Positions 1 to 9,576 of a stretch of DNA of 64,000 nt are shown here, piece by piece (position 1 is the first letter of the stretch; every line of letters begins with the position of its first letter). A program made the translations under genes and the position numbers. The notes below the pieces were generated by a model. That model worked only from the letters and a program-made list of their open reading frames with translations, searched no databases and was not told where the DNA came from. The stretch comes from an uncultured Actinomycetes bacterium (GTDB taxonomy: Bacteria; Actinomycetota; UBA4738; HRBIN12), in assembly GCA_963708985.1 (NCBI GenBank), contig CAVPUQ010000001.1:330405-394404 (forward strand). The letters are read 5' to 3'.

Positions 1-625
1 GCCCGGCGGGGGGTGGAGGAGTGGACGGGTGTGGCTGATGCCCCTCTTCGCGCTCCTGGCTGAGGGACCGGATCTGCACCCGGGCCTCGCCGGTGATCCG
101 GCGGATGATCTCACCGACCTGCATCGAGCGTGCCGAGTGGTTGATCAGCGCCACCACGGCGACGATCGCGCCGATGCCGAGGACGATCGCGATGGTCACC
201 GACAGATGCGGGATGACCGGCAGGGCACCCGTCTCTGTGGGAGCACGGACCACGCGCAGCACCAGGAGGCAGTACGCGAAGGTCGCGATCACGAAGCCGG
301 TGACCCACTTCGTGAACGGATCGCGGAAGAAGCCGTAGAGGACCCTCGGCGAGAACTGGCTCGACGCCAACTGGATCAGCAGGAGCGAGATCGAGATCGA
401 GATGCCGGCGAAGGCGACGACCGCAGACGCGACCGTCCCGAGCAGGGCGCGTGCGCTGTCGACGGTCGAGACGAGCACCGCCGGAAGTCGCGAGCCCGCG
501 TTCTGGATCGACGAATCCAACCAGGTTGTCGCGAACGACAGGACCACCGAACCGGCGAGGAGCACGGCCGGGATGAAGAACAGGTTGCTGCGCAGCGACT
601 CGAGGTAGGCGCGGATCCTGATCAT
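1..625 (-). CDS. DUF2254 family integral membrane protein, N-terminal part (gene runs off the left edge)
   Basis: Minus-strand ORF absent from the track because it has no stop inside the window. ATG at 625 is preceded by GGAAGG. Translation MIRIRAYLESLRSNLFFIPAVLLAGSVVLSF...LLLIQLASSQFSPRVLYGFF... has the TM helices and SSQFSPR signature typical of DUF2254. The plus ORF 29..667 is its R/D-rich shadow. Confidence 0.8.
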   Translation of the reverse strand, partial: MIRIRAYLESLRSNLFFIPAVLLAGSVVLSFATTWLDSSIQNAGSRLPAVLVSTVDSARALLGTVASAVVAFAGISISISLLLIQLASSQFSPRVLYGFFRDPFTKWVTGFVIATFAYCLLVLRVVRAPTETGALPVIPHLSVTIAIVLGIGAIVAVVALINHSARSMQVGEIIRRITGEARVQIRSLSQEREEGHQPHPSTPPPPAG

Positions 626-693
626 GGGACGGCCTTCCGATCCCGGTTGTGCACGCGCGGACGATAGCGCATCAGGTTGGCAGCCGAGGGGTC

Positions 694-1451
694 TCAGCGG
701 CCGTTGATCGAGAAGTGCATGTAGTCCTTGCCGCCGCTCCAGTCGCCGCCCCACTCCCAGCCGATCGCGGCGAACGCGCGGACGACGAGGTCGCCCTCGT
801 GGATCATCCCCGGGAGGTCCTGCGAGCGGTCCACGTACGGGCGCGCGAACCGGTTCTGCACGAACCCGTCCTCTCGCACGTAGGGGTTCTGCAGCGAGTT
901 GATGTCTACCGCGAGTCCGTAGGAGTGCTGCGAGAAGGTGTCGCCGGGACCGTCGGGGGTCACGATCGGACGGCAGTTGAAGGAGGCGGTCACGCTGCTG
1001 CGCGAGTCCGGATCGGCGTTCGGCCGGAAACGCTTGGCCAGGGCGACGTGGCGGATCGGGAAGCCGGCCTCGAACAGCGCCGCGAAGACACCGAGCACGT
1101 CGTGCGCGACCGATCGGTTCACGACCATCGGCCCGCGCTTGATCTCGCCGTCGGATCTCCAGTAGTTGAACCGCAGCAGCGACAGGTCCCGGAGGGGGGT
1201 CGGGCACCCGGGCTTCCACGTCTCCCCGCGCATCGCGCGCTCGAGGGTTGCGGGAAGCGGGTGCACGATCCTCCCGGCGAACCGGGTGCGCGCCGGCTCG
1301 AAGGGTCTTCGTTGCCGGCGAGGGCGCGGCCGATCGAGACGACCGGAGGGGTCGTCGAGGCCGGGACCGGCAGCGGCTCGGAGTCCTGGGCCGTCGTGCA
1401 CGCCGCGAGGAGCAACGCGAGCGCGAGGCCGGCGCTCGCGGATCGCGTCAC
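694..1451 (-). pseudogene. M15 family (VanY / D-Ala-D-Ala carboxypeptidase-like) metallopeptidase lipoprotein; one frame break as assembled
   Basis: Signal peptide and lipobox (SAGLALALLLAAC) lie in the frame of ORF 1119..1541, starting at GTG 1451. The M15 core (SQHSYGLAVDIN...GWEWGGDW...DYMHFS) is in ORF 694..1488. The junction is near 1300 (..AGNEDP | FEPARTRFAGRIV..) at a short C/T run. The GTG overlaps the stop of the upstream gene (GTGA). Confidence 0.75.
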
Positions 1452-2071
1452 GGCAGGTACTGCACCTCGATCTTGACGACCCTCCCATCCTGGACGGTCA
1501 CCCAGTAGGGGGCCTCGCTCCCCGAGTACAGAGCGTCCCACGCGTGGTGCTTCGTCGCGAACGCGTCCATGAACGGCTGGACCTCACCACTGACGAGGTC
1601 GCAGCAGTCGGCCCAGTCGATGACCCATACCTCCACATCCGGCGAGACCGCGAGCGTCCGGAGCTTGGGGTTGTCGTTCACGATGTAGTAGTCGTTCGGG
1701 ACCGGGACCTCGTCTCCGTGCTCAGCGGCCGCCTGGTTGGCCTCGTCGCCCATCAGGAAGTAGGCGAGGTCGAAGCGCATGGTCTGCGCCGGCACGTCGA
1801 CCGAGCGGATGAACCCGAAGTGCCGGCCGTCCTCCAGCTCGGGGGCGCTGGTGGCACTCGGGCTCTCGCTCTGCGTCGGCTCGGGGCTCTCGCTCTCGGT
1901 GGGCTCCGAGGTAGCCGGAGAGGTGGGCGAGGCGGTCGCCGAGGCGGTGAGACCCTCCGATCCCGTCGTCGAGGGTGAAGTGAGGAACGTTCCCTCGTTG
2001 GAGCAGGCGGCCGAGACGAGCGCCAGGGCCAGCAGCAACGTGAGGCCGGCGAGCCTGGGGGCGAGCTTCAC
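1448..2071 (-). CDS. secreted lipoprotein, unknown function
   Basis: Signal peptide with lipobox (LLLALALVSAAC), then a low-complexity S/T/P/E linker and a folded C-terminal domain. Clean ORF, translationally coupled to the M15 peptidase gene. Confidence 0.8.
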   Translation of the reverse strand: MKLAPRLAGLTLLLALALVSAACSNEGTFLTSPSTTGSEGLTASATASPTSPATSEPTESESPEPTQSESPSATSAPELEDGRHFGFIRSVDVPAQTMRFDLAYFLMGDEANQAAAEHGDEVPVPNDYYIVNDNPKLRTLAVSPDVEVWVIDWADCCDLVSGEVQPFMDAFATKHHAWDALYSGSEAPYWVTVQDGRVVKIEVQYLP

Positions 2072-2131
2072 CTCGCGAGCGTACCCCCGGGGGGACCGTC
2101 ACCGCCACCGGCTCCGAGAAAAGTTCGTGAC

Positions 2132-2141
2132 GCTAATTAGC
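2132..2141. promoter_or_regulatory. perfect 10-bp palindrome GCTAATTAGC, candidate MarR operator
   Basis: AT-rich palindrome in the otherwise GC-rich divergent intergenic region, immediately upstream of the MarR start (2142/2163). Confidence 0.35.
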
Positions 2142-2162
2142 ATGCCGAAGTATCCTCGCATC

Positions 2163-2603
2163 ATGACCACGCGGACCGTTCTCGACACGACAGAGCTGGC
2201 CTCGAGACTGCGGCTCGGCGTCACCCGGCTGGCACGCAGGCTCCGACAGGAGGCGGAGCCGGGGATCACCCCCTCGCTCCTGGTGGCGTTGTCGTCGATC
2301 GAGCGGGCGGACGCCATGACCATCGGGGAGTTGTGCGCAGCCGAGCATGTGCAGCCGCCCACGATGTCGCGCCTGGTGGCGGCGCTGGTGGAGGCGGGGC
2401 TGGTCTCGCGCGAGCAGGATCCTGACGACCGGCGCGTGGTCTGGGTCCGTGCTACCCAGGAGGGCGTGAAGCTCCTGCACCACAGCCGCCGACGCAAGGA
2501 CGCCTACCTCGTGAAGCAACTCCGCCGCCTCGAGCCGCGCGAGCTCGCGACGCTCGACGACGCCACCGAGATCCTGGATCGACTCGTCGGTGGCACTCGG
2601 TGA
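2163..2603 (+). CDS. MarR family transcriptional regulator
   Basis: C-terminal part of ORF 1779..2603. It shows the winged-HTH pattern of MarR (..LLVALSSIERADAMTIGELCAAEHVQPPTMSRLVAALVEAGLVSREQDPDDRRVVWVRATQEG..). Alternative ATG at 2142. The stop overlaps the next start (GTGA). Confidence 0.9.
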   Translation: MTTRTVLDTTELASRLRLGVTRLARRLRQEAEPGITPSLLVALSSIERADAMTIGELCAAEHVQPPTMSRLVAALVEAGLVSREQDPDDRRVVWVRATQEGVKLLHHSRRRKDAYLVKQLRRLEPRELATLDDATEILDRLVGGTR

Positions 2604-3856
2604 CCCGCGTCGGTCTGGCGTTCCACCGGACCTTCCACGCGGTCCGGCACTCGCGGAACTTCCGCCTCTTCTTCGCGGGGCAGGCGGTCTCGGTCACGGG
2701 CACCTGGGTCCAGTACGTGGCCTCCTCGTGGCTCGTGCTGCGCCTGACCGGCAGCGGCGTTGCGCTGGGTGTCGTGACGGCGCTCAGCTTCGCGCCGGTC
2801 CTGCTCTTCGGCGCATGGGCGGGCGTGCTGGCGGATCGGTATGACAAGCGCCGGATCCTGCTTGGGACGCAGGCCGCGTTCGGCGTCCTCGCGCTCGGCC
2901 TGTGGGCGATCGTCGGGACGGGCGTCGTCGAGCTGTGGATGGTCTATGGCCTTGCGTTCCTGCAGGGCGTCGTGACGTCGCTCGACACGCCGACCCGTCA
3001 GAGCTTCTTCGCCGAGATGGTCGGGGCTCAGCACCTCACGAACGCCGTGAGCCTCAACAGCGCGGTGATGACCGGTACGAGGGTCGTCGGACCGGCGCTC
3101 GCCGGCCTGTTGATCGCTGGCGTCGGTCTTGCCTTCTGCTTCCTGGCCAACGGGGTCTCGTACCTCGCCATGATCGCGGCGCTCCTCGCGATGCGGACGG
3201 AGGACCTCCGACGGCCCGAGCCCTTGGACGGCCGGGGCCACCTTCGCGAGGGCCTCCGCTACGTCTGGCGCACGCGTGAGCTACGCGTCCCGCTGCTCAT
3301 GATGGCCGTCGTCTTCACCCTCTCGTTCAACGTCCCCGTGCTCGTGCCCCTCCTCGCCGAGCAGATCTTCCGAGGGAACGCGGGCACGTTCGGATCGTTG
3401 CTGGCCGCCATGGGGGTCGGTTCGTTCGTCGGTGCCCTCGCGATGGCCAACCGGGCCGAGCCGAGCCCGCGCCGGATCGCATGGAGCATCGTCGGCCTCG
3501 GCCTCGCGTCTGCGCTCGCCGCGGCCGCACCGACGCTCGGAACGGAGCTCGCACTCCTGGCGGTGCTGGGTCTGGTGAGCATCGTGTTCATGATCACCGG
3601 GAACACGACGATGCAGCTGACCGCCCGCCCCGAGATGCGCGGCCGTGTGATGGCGATCTACTCGATCGTGTTCTTGGGGGGAACGCCCTTCGGCGCGCCG
3701 TTCGCCGGGTGGACGGCGGAGATGCTTGGGCCGCGGTGGGCGTTCGCGCTGGGCGGGCTGATCGCCATCGTGACCGGGCTGGTTGGCCTGCGCGCCACTC
3801 GTGGTGGCATCGTCGAGGGTGATGTCGAGCCCGTGGTCGCCCCCGCCGCCGCGTAG
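2600..3856 (+). CDS. MFS transporter (EntS/MFS_3-like)
   Basis: 418-aa ORF with about 12 hydrophobic helices and the motif LADRYDKRRILL after TM2. Coupled to MarR. Confidence 0.9.
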   Translation: MTRVGLAFHRTFHAVRHSRNFRLFFAGQAVSVTGTWVQYVASSWLVLRLTGSGVALGVVTALSFAPVLLFGAWAGVLADRYDKRRILLGTQAAFGVLALGLWAIVGTGVVELWMVYGLAFLQGVVTSLDTPTRQSFFAEMVGAQHLTNAVSLNSAVMTGTRVVGPALAGLLIAGVGLAFCFLANGVSYLAMIAALLAMRTEDLRRPEPLDGRGHLREGLRYVWRTRELRVPLLMMAVVFTLSFNVPVLVPLLAEQIFRGNAGTFGSLLAAMGVGSFVGALAMANRAEPSPRRIAWSIVGLGLASALAAAAPTLGTELALLAVLGLVSIVFMITGNTTMQLTARPEMRGRVMAIYSIVFLGGTPFGAPFAGWTAEMLGPRWAFALGGLIAIVTGLVGLRATRGGIVEGDVEPVVAPAAA

Positions 3857-3859
3857 ACG

Positions 3860-5317
3860 CTACGCGAGCTCGCGGTCGAGACGCCAGGTGCCGTCCGGCT
3901 CGGGCCGCGAGACCTGGAGCACGGTGCCGTCCTCGAGGGTGAGGCGGAAGCACCGACGCCGTTCGCCGTCACGTTCCTCGAGCCATCCTCGCTCCACCTC
4001 AACGCGCTCCTCGACACCGCCCCAGACGATCGCGCGTGGGGACTCCTCGCCCCGGGCGCCCTCGTGGAAGCGCAGGACGATCTCGGGGGTGCGGGCGATC
4101 CACCAGGGCAGGACGGGGCTCCAGAGCAGGAACGCGACCCCGATGAGCGCGACCGTCCACTCCTCGCCGATCGTCGGCACGAGGGGGATCGCGACGAACG
4201 CCGCGATCACGCGCGAGACGTTGTACGCGACGTCGTACACGGCGAACACGCGACCGCGGTAACCATCGGGCACGGCCGCTTGCACGAGCGTGTCGACGGG
4301 CACCTTCTTCCACGCGAACGTGAGGCCGACGAAGAAGCTGGCGACGAGGACGCTCCACCCTGTCACGTAGGTCGAGACGGCGATGAGCACCACGCCGCCC
4401 GCGAGGAACGCTCGCGAGACGATCCGCTCCTTCGGCCACCGTTCCTCGAGCTTGCCGACGGTGAGGATCCCGAGGAGGACGCCGATGCCGCCGGCTCCGA
4501 TGAGGTTCGAGAACGACCCGACGCCCCCCTCGAAGCGATCCCGGAAGACGAAGAGCGAGAGCACGAGCACGACGCCCTGCCCGAACTGGTCGAGCGTGAT
4601 CGAGGTCATCGGACCGAGGGCTCTGGGCGTGTGCGCGAGCCGGCGGATGCCGTCGCCGAACTCGCGTGCTACGCGCTGGAGCTCGTCCCGCATGGGAGCC
4701 TCGGGCAGCGTGTGTGGGACGAGGGGGGTGGTGATCCGCGCAGCGATGCGCGATGCGATGAGCCACATCACGCCGGCCACGAGCACGACGGGCGTGTTGT
4801 TGCCGAAGAGGTCGGCGACCCACCCACCGACGAACACCCCGGCGAGGAGCGCGACGGTACCGCCGACGACCGACATCGAGTTCGCGATCAGGAGGTCCTC
4901 GGTCGGCACGAGGCGGGGGACCACGGCGATCGCGGTGGCGAGGTAGAAGCGGTTCACGGACAGCACCCACAACACGCCCCCGTAGAACAGCAGGGCGTGG
5001 CTCGTCGGGTTGAACAGGGCGAGGAGCCCCGGCGCGGCCCGGAGCCAGGGCGCGACGACGAGGATGCGCCGCCGGGACCACCGGTCGATGAACACACCCG
5101 TGAACGGCCCGAGCAGCGAGAACGGCAGCGAGATGACGGCCGTCGCGATCGCGAACGCCGCGATCGTGCTCTGCTTGTCGGTGTTGAACACGACGGAGGC
5201 CACGAGGGCCGCCTGGAAGAGCCCGTCGGCCGACTGCGAGACGAGCCGGATCGCGAACAGGCGCCGGAAGTCCCGGCTCCGCAGGGCGCCGCGGGCGCGC
5301 TCGAGGGTCCCTTGCAC
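3860..5317 (-). CDS. MFS transporter with a C-terminal soluble extension of about 75 aa
   Basis: 485-aa ORF. N-terminal FRRLFAIRLVSQSADG... and FIDRWSRRRILV are MFS-typical. The C-terminal tail (..VEVERGWLEERDGERRRCFRLTLEDGTVLQVSRPEPDGTWRLDRELA) is non-membrane. Confidence 0.85.
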   Translation of the reverse strand: MQGTLERARGALRSRDFRRLFAIRLVSQSADGLFQAALVASVVFNTDKQSTIAAFAIATAVISLPFSLLGPFTGVFIDRWSRRRILVVAPWLRAAPGLLALFNPTSHALLFYGGVLWVLSVNRFYLATAIAVVPRLVPTEDLLIANSMSVVGGTVALLAGVFVGGWVADLFGNNTPVVLVAGVMWLIASRIAARITTPLVPHTLPEAPMRDELQRVAREFGDGIRRLAHTPRALGPMTSITLDQFGQGVVLVLSLFVFRDRFEGGVGSFSNLIGAGGIGVLLGILTVGKLEERWPKERIVSRAFLAGGVVLIAVSTYVTGWSVLVASFFVGLTFAWKKVPVDTLVQAAVPDGYRGRVFAVYDVAYNVSRVIAAFVAIPLVPTIGEEWTVALIGVAFLLWSPVLPWWIARTPEIVLRFHEGARGEESPRAIVWGGVEERVEVERGWLEERDGERRRCFRLTLEDGTVLQVSRPEPDGTWRLDRELA

Positions 5318-5387
5318 GCGTTGATGGTAGGCGGCGCGGGAGCATGTTGGGCCGCCGCAGATCTGGCGGTTCGCGGCTCCTGGTCGC

Positions 5388-6449
5388 CTACTCGGGCAGC
5401 CCCGGCGCGTCGAGGTCCCAGAGCAGCGTGGCCAGGTCCTCCAGGGATCCGGTCTGCTCGAGACCTTCCGGGTACCGATCGGCGAGCGGCTGGATCATGT
5501 CGTAGTCATGCGCGAGGGTGAGGGCCATCATCCGGCGAGGCCACCGCTTGCCGAGCTCGCCCCAGCCGTAGCCGTCCAGGAACGTGCGGAGCAGGGTCTT
5601 GTCGGCCCCGAACGCCTTCGCGTGGATCGAGACGAGGTCGTAGTGCGGGTCCCCCTCGTACGCATCGTCGAAGTCCACGATGCCGGTGGGCTCGAGCGCT
5701 CCGGACTCGCCGTCCACGAATAGGTTGCCCGCGTGCAGGTCGCCGTGCAGGAACACCGGCGTCTCCTGCTCCGGGTCGATGAGCTTGCGGGATCCGGCGA
5801 TGTAGTCACGGACCTGCGCGATGAGGTGCTGGGGGAGGGAGCTCCACCGTTCATGGTCGTGGGGGCATCGCTGCTCGCGCACCTGGATCATGTCCACGTA
5901 GATCTCGTGCGAGATGCGCTCGCCGTCCTTCGTCGGCACCGCGTGGAGCTGCTTCATCGTCTCGCCGAGCCAGCGTGCGACGCGGTCGAGGTCCACGGGG
6001 GTGGCGGTCCCGTCCAGGTCGCGGAGCGAACGCCCGTGCATCGCGGTCATCGCCAGGAACGGCCAGCGCCAGCCATCGTCGTAGAGCGCGCCCTCGGCGA
6101 GGAGCTCGGGGATCGGCAGCTCGGCTCGAGAGAGGAGCGAGTAGGCCTCGCGCTCGGTCTGGAAGCAGTCCTCACCGAACCAGCCCTCGAAGTGGAGCTT
6201 CACGAGGTACTCGTCGTTCACCAGTGCCGCGACATGCGTCGTGGGGAAGTGCGTCCGCACCTCGCCCTGGTCCGGCAACCCGGAGAGACGGAGCGCGGCC
6301 TTCGCGTAGGGCGCCCAGAACTCGGCGTCCGACAGCGAGCGCACATAGGCCTCGTCGTCGGGGAAGGACGGGGGGGACGGCACGCTCATACGGACGGAAT
6401 GGTCCCAGAAACGGAAGGGCCGGGGCAGCGCCCCGGCCCACCGCGCCAT
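5388..6449 (-). CDS. phosphotransferase enzyme family protein (APH / choline-kinase fold)
   Basis: Motifs FLHGDLHAGNLFVD and IVDFDDAYEGDPHYD (Brenner and DFD motifs of APH-type kinases). An alternative start is at 6389 (MSVPS). Confidence 0.85.
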   Translation of the reverse strand: MARWAGALPRPFRFWDHSVRMSVPSPPSFPDDEAYVRSLSDAEFWAPYAKAALRLSGLPDQGEVRTHFPTTHVAALVNDEYLVKLHFEGWFGEDCFQTEREAYSLLSRAELPIPELLAEGALYDDGWRWPFLAMTAMHGRSLRDLDGTATPVDLDRVARWLGETMKQLHAVPTKDGERISHEIYVDMIQVREQRCPHDHERWSSLPQHLIAQVRDYIAGSRKLIDPEQETPVFLHGDLHAGNLFVDGESGALEPTGIVDFDDAYEGDPHYDLVSIHAKAFGADKTLLRTFLDGYGWGELGKRWPRRMMALTLAHDYDMIQPLADRYPEGLEQTGSLEDLATLLWDLDAPGLPE

Positions 6450-6458
6450 CCTGCTCGG

Positions 6459-7580
6459 CTACGCGCGCTGGACGTCGAAGAACGCGGTCCAGTCGGCACC
6501 CTTGCTCTCGCCGTTGCCCAGGATGAAGCCCTCGACCATCTCGTGAGCCGCATCGTCGCTGAACTGAACGGGCGGCGACTTCATGAAGTACGCGCTCGGA
6601 CCGATGAGTGGGCCGGCCTGGCCGCGGTCGAGCGCGAGCTTCGCGCAACGGAGCGCATCGATCACGATGCCGGCCGAGTTCGGGCTGTCCCACACTTCGA
6701 GCTTCATCTCGATGTTCAGCGGGACGTCACCGAACGCCTGACCTTCCAGGCGGATCTGAGCCCACTTCCGGTCGTCGAGCCACGGCACGTAGTCCGAGGG
6801 CCCGATGTGGATGTCGTGCCTGTCGAGCTCCTTGCGGAGCTGGCTCTGCACGGACTGGGTCTTCGAGATCTTCTTGGAGGTGAGGCGCTCGCGCTCGAGC
6901 ATGTTCATGAAGTCCATGTTTCCACCGAAGTTCAGCTGGTAGGTACGGTTGAGCTTCACACCGCGATCCTCGAACAGTCTCGTCAGCACGCGATGCGTGA
7001 TCGTGGCCCCGACCTGGCTCTTGATGTCGTCGCCGACGATCGGAAGTCCGGCGTCGACGAACTTGCGGGCCCACGTCTGGTCACTCGCGATGAAGACCGG
7101 CAAGCAGTTCACGAACGCCGCGCGCGCATCGATCGCGGCCTGTGCGTAGTGCTTCGCCGCTTGCTCCGAGCCCACCGGTAGGTAGCAGACAACGACATCG
7201 GCCTCCACGTCGCGGAGCGCCTGCGCGACATCGACCTCGGGCTGATCTGACTCCTCGATGACCTCGCGGTAGTACTTGCCAAGGCCATCGAGGGTCGGCC
7301 CCCGCTGCACCGTGATGCCCGTCGGGGGCACGTTGGAGAAGCGGATCGTGTTGTTCGGTTCCGTGAAGATGGCCTCGGCAACGTCCTTGCCGACCTTCTT
7401 CGCGTCGACGTCGAACGCGGCAACGAGCTCGACGTCGTGGATGTGGTAACCGCCGAGGTCCACGTGCATCAGGCCCGGGACCGTGTCCTCCGGCGCGGCG
7501 TCCTTGTAGTACTCGAGACCCTGCACGAGGGACGAGGCGCAGTTGCCGGCGCCGACGATCGCGAGACGGACCTTGCTCAT
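6459..7580 (-). CDS. ino1: inositol-3-phosphate synthase
   Basis: 373-aa [31 protein letters not shown]...[10 protein letters not shown]...[17 protein letters not shown]...[12 protein letters not shown]... is the actinobacterial Ino1 signature. It lies downstream of a PadR gene, as in mycobacteria. Confidence 0.95.
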   Translation of the reverse strand: MSKVRLAIVGAGNCASSLVQGLEYYKDAAPEDTVPGLMHVDLGGYHIHDVELVAAFDVDAKKVGKDVAEAIFTEPNNTIRFSNVPPTGITVQRGPTLDGLGKYYREVIEESDQPEVDVAQALRDVEADVVVCYLPVGSEQAAKHYAQAAIDARAAFVNCLPVFIASDQTWARKFVDAGLPIVGDDIKSQVGATITHRVLTRLFEDRGVKLNRTYQLNFGGNMDFMNMLERERLTSKKISKTQSVQSQLRKELDRHDIHIGPSDYVPWLDDRKWAQIRLEGQAFGDVPLNIEMKLEVWDSPNSAGIVIDALRCAKLALDRGQAGPLIGPSAYFMKSPPVQFSDDAAHEMVEGFILGNGESKGADWTAFFDVQRA

Positions 7581-8164
7581 GTGGTGCGCTCCTTTCTGCG
7601 AAGCGCACGACCTTCACGGCGCTTCGAAGTCCCTGTGGTCGTGGTGCCCTGTCGACGCTCGGCGGCGATGAGGCCGTTGAGCCACGCGATGTCCTGCTCG
7701 GTCGTCTCCCGGCCGTGCTGCATGAGGGACAGGGTGTACGTGTCGAAGCGCTCGCGGGTGGCCGCGAGGGAGGCCTTGATCGTGGACAGGCGATCCTCCA
7801 GGTGCGAGCGCCTGCGCTCGAGCAGACGGATCCGGGCGTCGGGCGCCAGGTACTTGAAGAAGGCGAGCCGAACGCGGAAGCGGTTCTCCTCGGTGGAGGT
7901 GTCGTGACCGGCCTCCTCGAGCAGCTCGAGGAACAGGGACTCGCCGGCGTCGGTGATGCGGTACACGTTCTTCCGGCGGCCGACGGCGACCTGGTCGAAG
8001 ACCTGCTCGACCGCGCCCTGGCGCTCGAGGCGCTTCAGCGTCGGGTACAGGGACCCGTACGAGACGCGCCAGAAGCCACCGAGGGCATCGGTGAGCCGCT
8101 TCGAGAGCTGGTAGCCGTGCATCGACCGCTCCTTGAGCAGGCCCAAGATCGCGAGTTCCAGCAT
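7577..8164 (-). CDS. PadR family transcriptional regulator
   Basis: [24 protein letters not shown]...[18 protein letters not shown] is the canonical PadR wHTH. The stop overlaps the ino1 start. Confidence 0.9.
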   Translation of the reverse strand: MLELAILGLLKERSMHGYQLSKRLTDALGGFWRVSYGSLYPTLKRLERQGAVEQVFDQVAVGRRKNVYRITDAGESLFLELLEEAGHDTSTEENRFRVRLAFFKYLAPDARIRLLERRRSHLEDRLSTIKASLAATRERFDTYTLSLMQHGRETTEQDIAWLNGLIAAERRQGTTTTGTSKRREGRALRRKERTT

Positions 8165-8206
8165 CTGGCTCCGGGCTCCTTCCCCTGGGGTGGTGTTGCG
8201 CGCTGG

Positions 8207-8236
8207 TATATCGAGCGCATATATCGTTCCGATATA
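8207..8236. promoter_or_regulatory. inverted repeat TATATCG-N16-CGATATA in an AT-rich patch upstream of padR-ino1
   Basis: Seen directly in GGTATATCGAGCGCATATATCGTTCCGATATATCTAC, about 45-70 nt upstream of the PadR start. It is the only AT-rich stretch in this intergenic region. Confidence 0.35.
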
Positions 8237-8281
8237 TCTACCCGCAACGTCGGCCGAGTGTCAAATCGCCGGTGGGTGGCC

Positions 8282-8941
8282 TCAGCGGCGGTAGTCGGCG
8301 ACGTAGCCCGGGGTCTCGAGGCCAGGGCGCAGGTCGGGGGCCGGCTCGGGCTCGCCGGGCACGATCCGGAGTGGGAGCACGCCCGCCCATATCGGGAGCT
8401 CGAGATCCTCGGCGTCGTCCTTCGGCGGCCCGGTCCGGACCTTCGCCGAGGCCTCCTCGAGGCCGATGGCCAGGATCGTGGTCTGGTCTAGCTCGCGCTG
8501 GTCCGGCATCCGGGCATCCTGGGCTCGGCCGTGCGCGACGTGGTCGACGATCGCCGCCTGCGCCACGTCCTTCTCGACCGGGTCCGAGACCTCCCGAGGA
8601 CGCCCGTACACGACCACCGAGCGGTAGTTCATCGAGTGGTGGAACGCGCTGCGTGCGAATACGAGCCCGTCGAGCAGGGTGGCCTCGACGCAGACCTCGC
8701 GACCGTCCTTCACCGCCTTCAGGGTGCGGCTGGCGGTCGAGCCGTGGATGTACAGCTCGTCGCCGGCCCGAGCGTGGATCGTGGGGATCACACGTGGGTA
8801 GCCGTCGTCGGTCACCCACGCGAGATGGCAGATCAAGGCCTCGTCGAGGATCGTGTCGATGGTCGCGCGGTCGTACGTGCCACGCTCCGGGAGGCGTCGG
8901 ACGCGTGTGCGTTCGCTCGGTGGAGTGCCGTGCTCGGACAT
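8282..8941 (-). CDS. pyridoxamine 5'-phosphate oxidase family (FMN-binding split-barrel) protein
   Basis: From M40 of ORF 8282..9058: MSEHGTPPSERTRVRRLPERGTYDRATIDTILDEALICHLAW...IHGSTASR... is typical of this family. Confidence 0.85.
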   Translation of the reverse strand: MSEHGTPPSERTRVRRLPERGTYDRATIDTILDEALICHLAWVTDDGYPRVIPTIHARAGDELYIHGSTASRTLKAVKDGREVCVEATLLDGLVFARSAFHHSMNYRSVVVYGRPREVSDPVEKDVAQAAIVDHVAHGRAQDARMPDQRELDQTTILAIGLEEASAKVRTGPPKDDAEDLELPIWAGVLPLRIVPGEPEPAPDLRPGLETPGYVADYRR

Positions 8942-8978
8942 GGCCCCACATCCTAGCGGGGCTGCGCGGGCGGCTCGG

Positions 8979-9497
8979 TCAGGCCGAGGTGCCGGCGAGG
9001 AGCCGCTCGAGTGCGTCCGAGACGGCTTCGGTTCCGCGCTCGAGGCCGACCCGGCCATAGCGACCGACGAGCTCGGGCTCGCGGCTCGAGTCCTCCTCGA
9101 CCGCGAGCTCGGCGATCTTGAAGGCCTCGCCGCACGGGGCGAGCGCCTCCGTCTCGTCCGGATGGCGGATCACGATCGCCGCGACGGGCTCCCCGTGCGC
9201 AGGACACGGCTTGCCCGAGAGCACGGGGCACGCGGAGTTCTCGGGTCCAGGGCACATCTCGAGCCCGAAGCCGACCTGCTGCAGCTCGCGGTGCAACGCC
9301 TCGAGGTCCTCGCCCTCGCGCTCGCCGACCACGAGGAGGGTCGGGGCCGGCCGGACGAACATCGCCGCCGCGAGCAGCAGGAGGAGCGCCGTACCGGCCG
9401 CGATCGCCGCCGCCCCTGCGGGGGCGTCGCTGGCCCAGAGCACGACGCCGCCGAACAGCACGACCACGCCGCCGTAGAGGAAGGAGAACCGCCTCAT
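8979..9497 (-). CDS. hypothetical membrane-anchored Cys-rich protein
   Basis: From M89 of ORF 8979..9761: one N-terminal TM region (FLYGGVVVLFGGVVLW...LLLLLAAAMFV), then a soluble domain with C-x7-C-x7-C...C (MCPGPENSACPVLSGKPCPAHG...APCGEAF). No family recognised. Confidence 0.6.
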   Translation of the reverse strand: MRRFSFLYGGVVVLFGGVVLWASDAPAGAAAIAAGTALLLLLAAAMFVRPAPTLLVVGEREGEDLEALHRELQQVGFGLEMCPGPENSACPVLSGKPCPAHGEPVAAIVIRHPDETEALAPCGEAFKIAELAVEEDSSREPELVGRYGRVGLERGTEAVSDALERLLAGTSA

Positions 9498-9576
9498 GTG
9501 CGTCACCTCCGGCTCCACGTTCGGCCCACGGGCTCGAGCCGGGCAGGGCCGAAGGTCCCGCGCCGGACCCTCCGGC

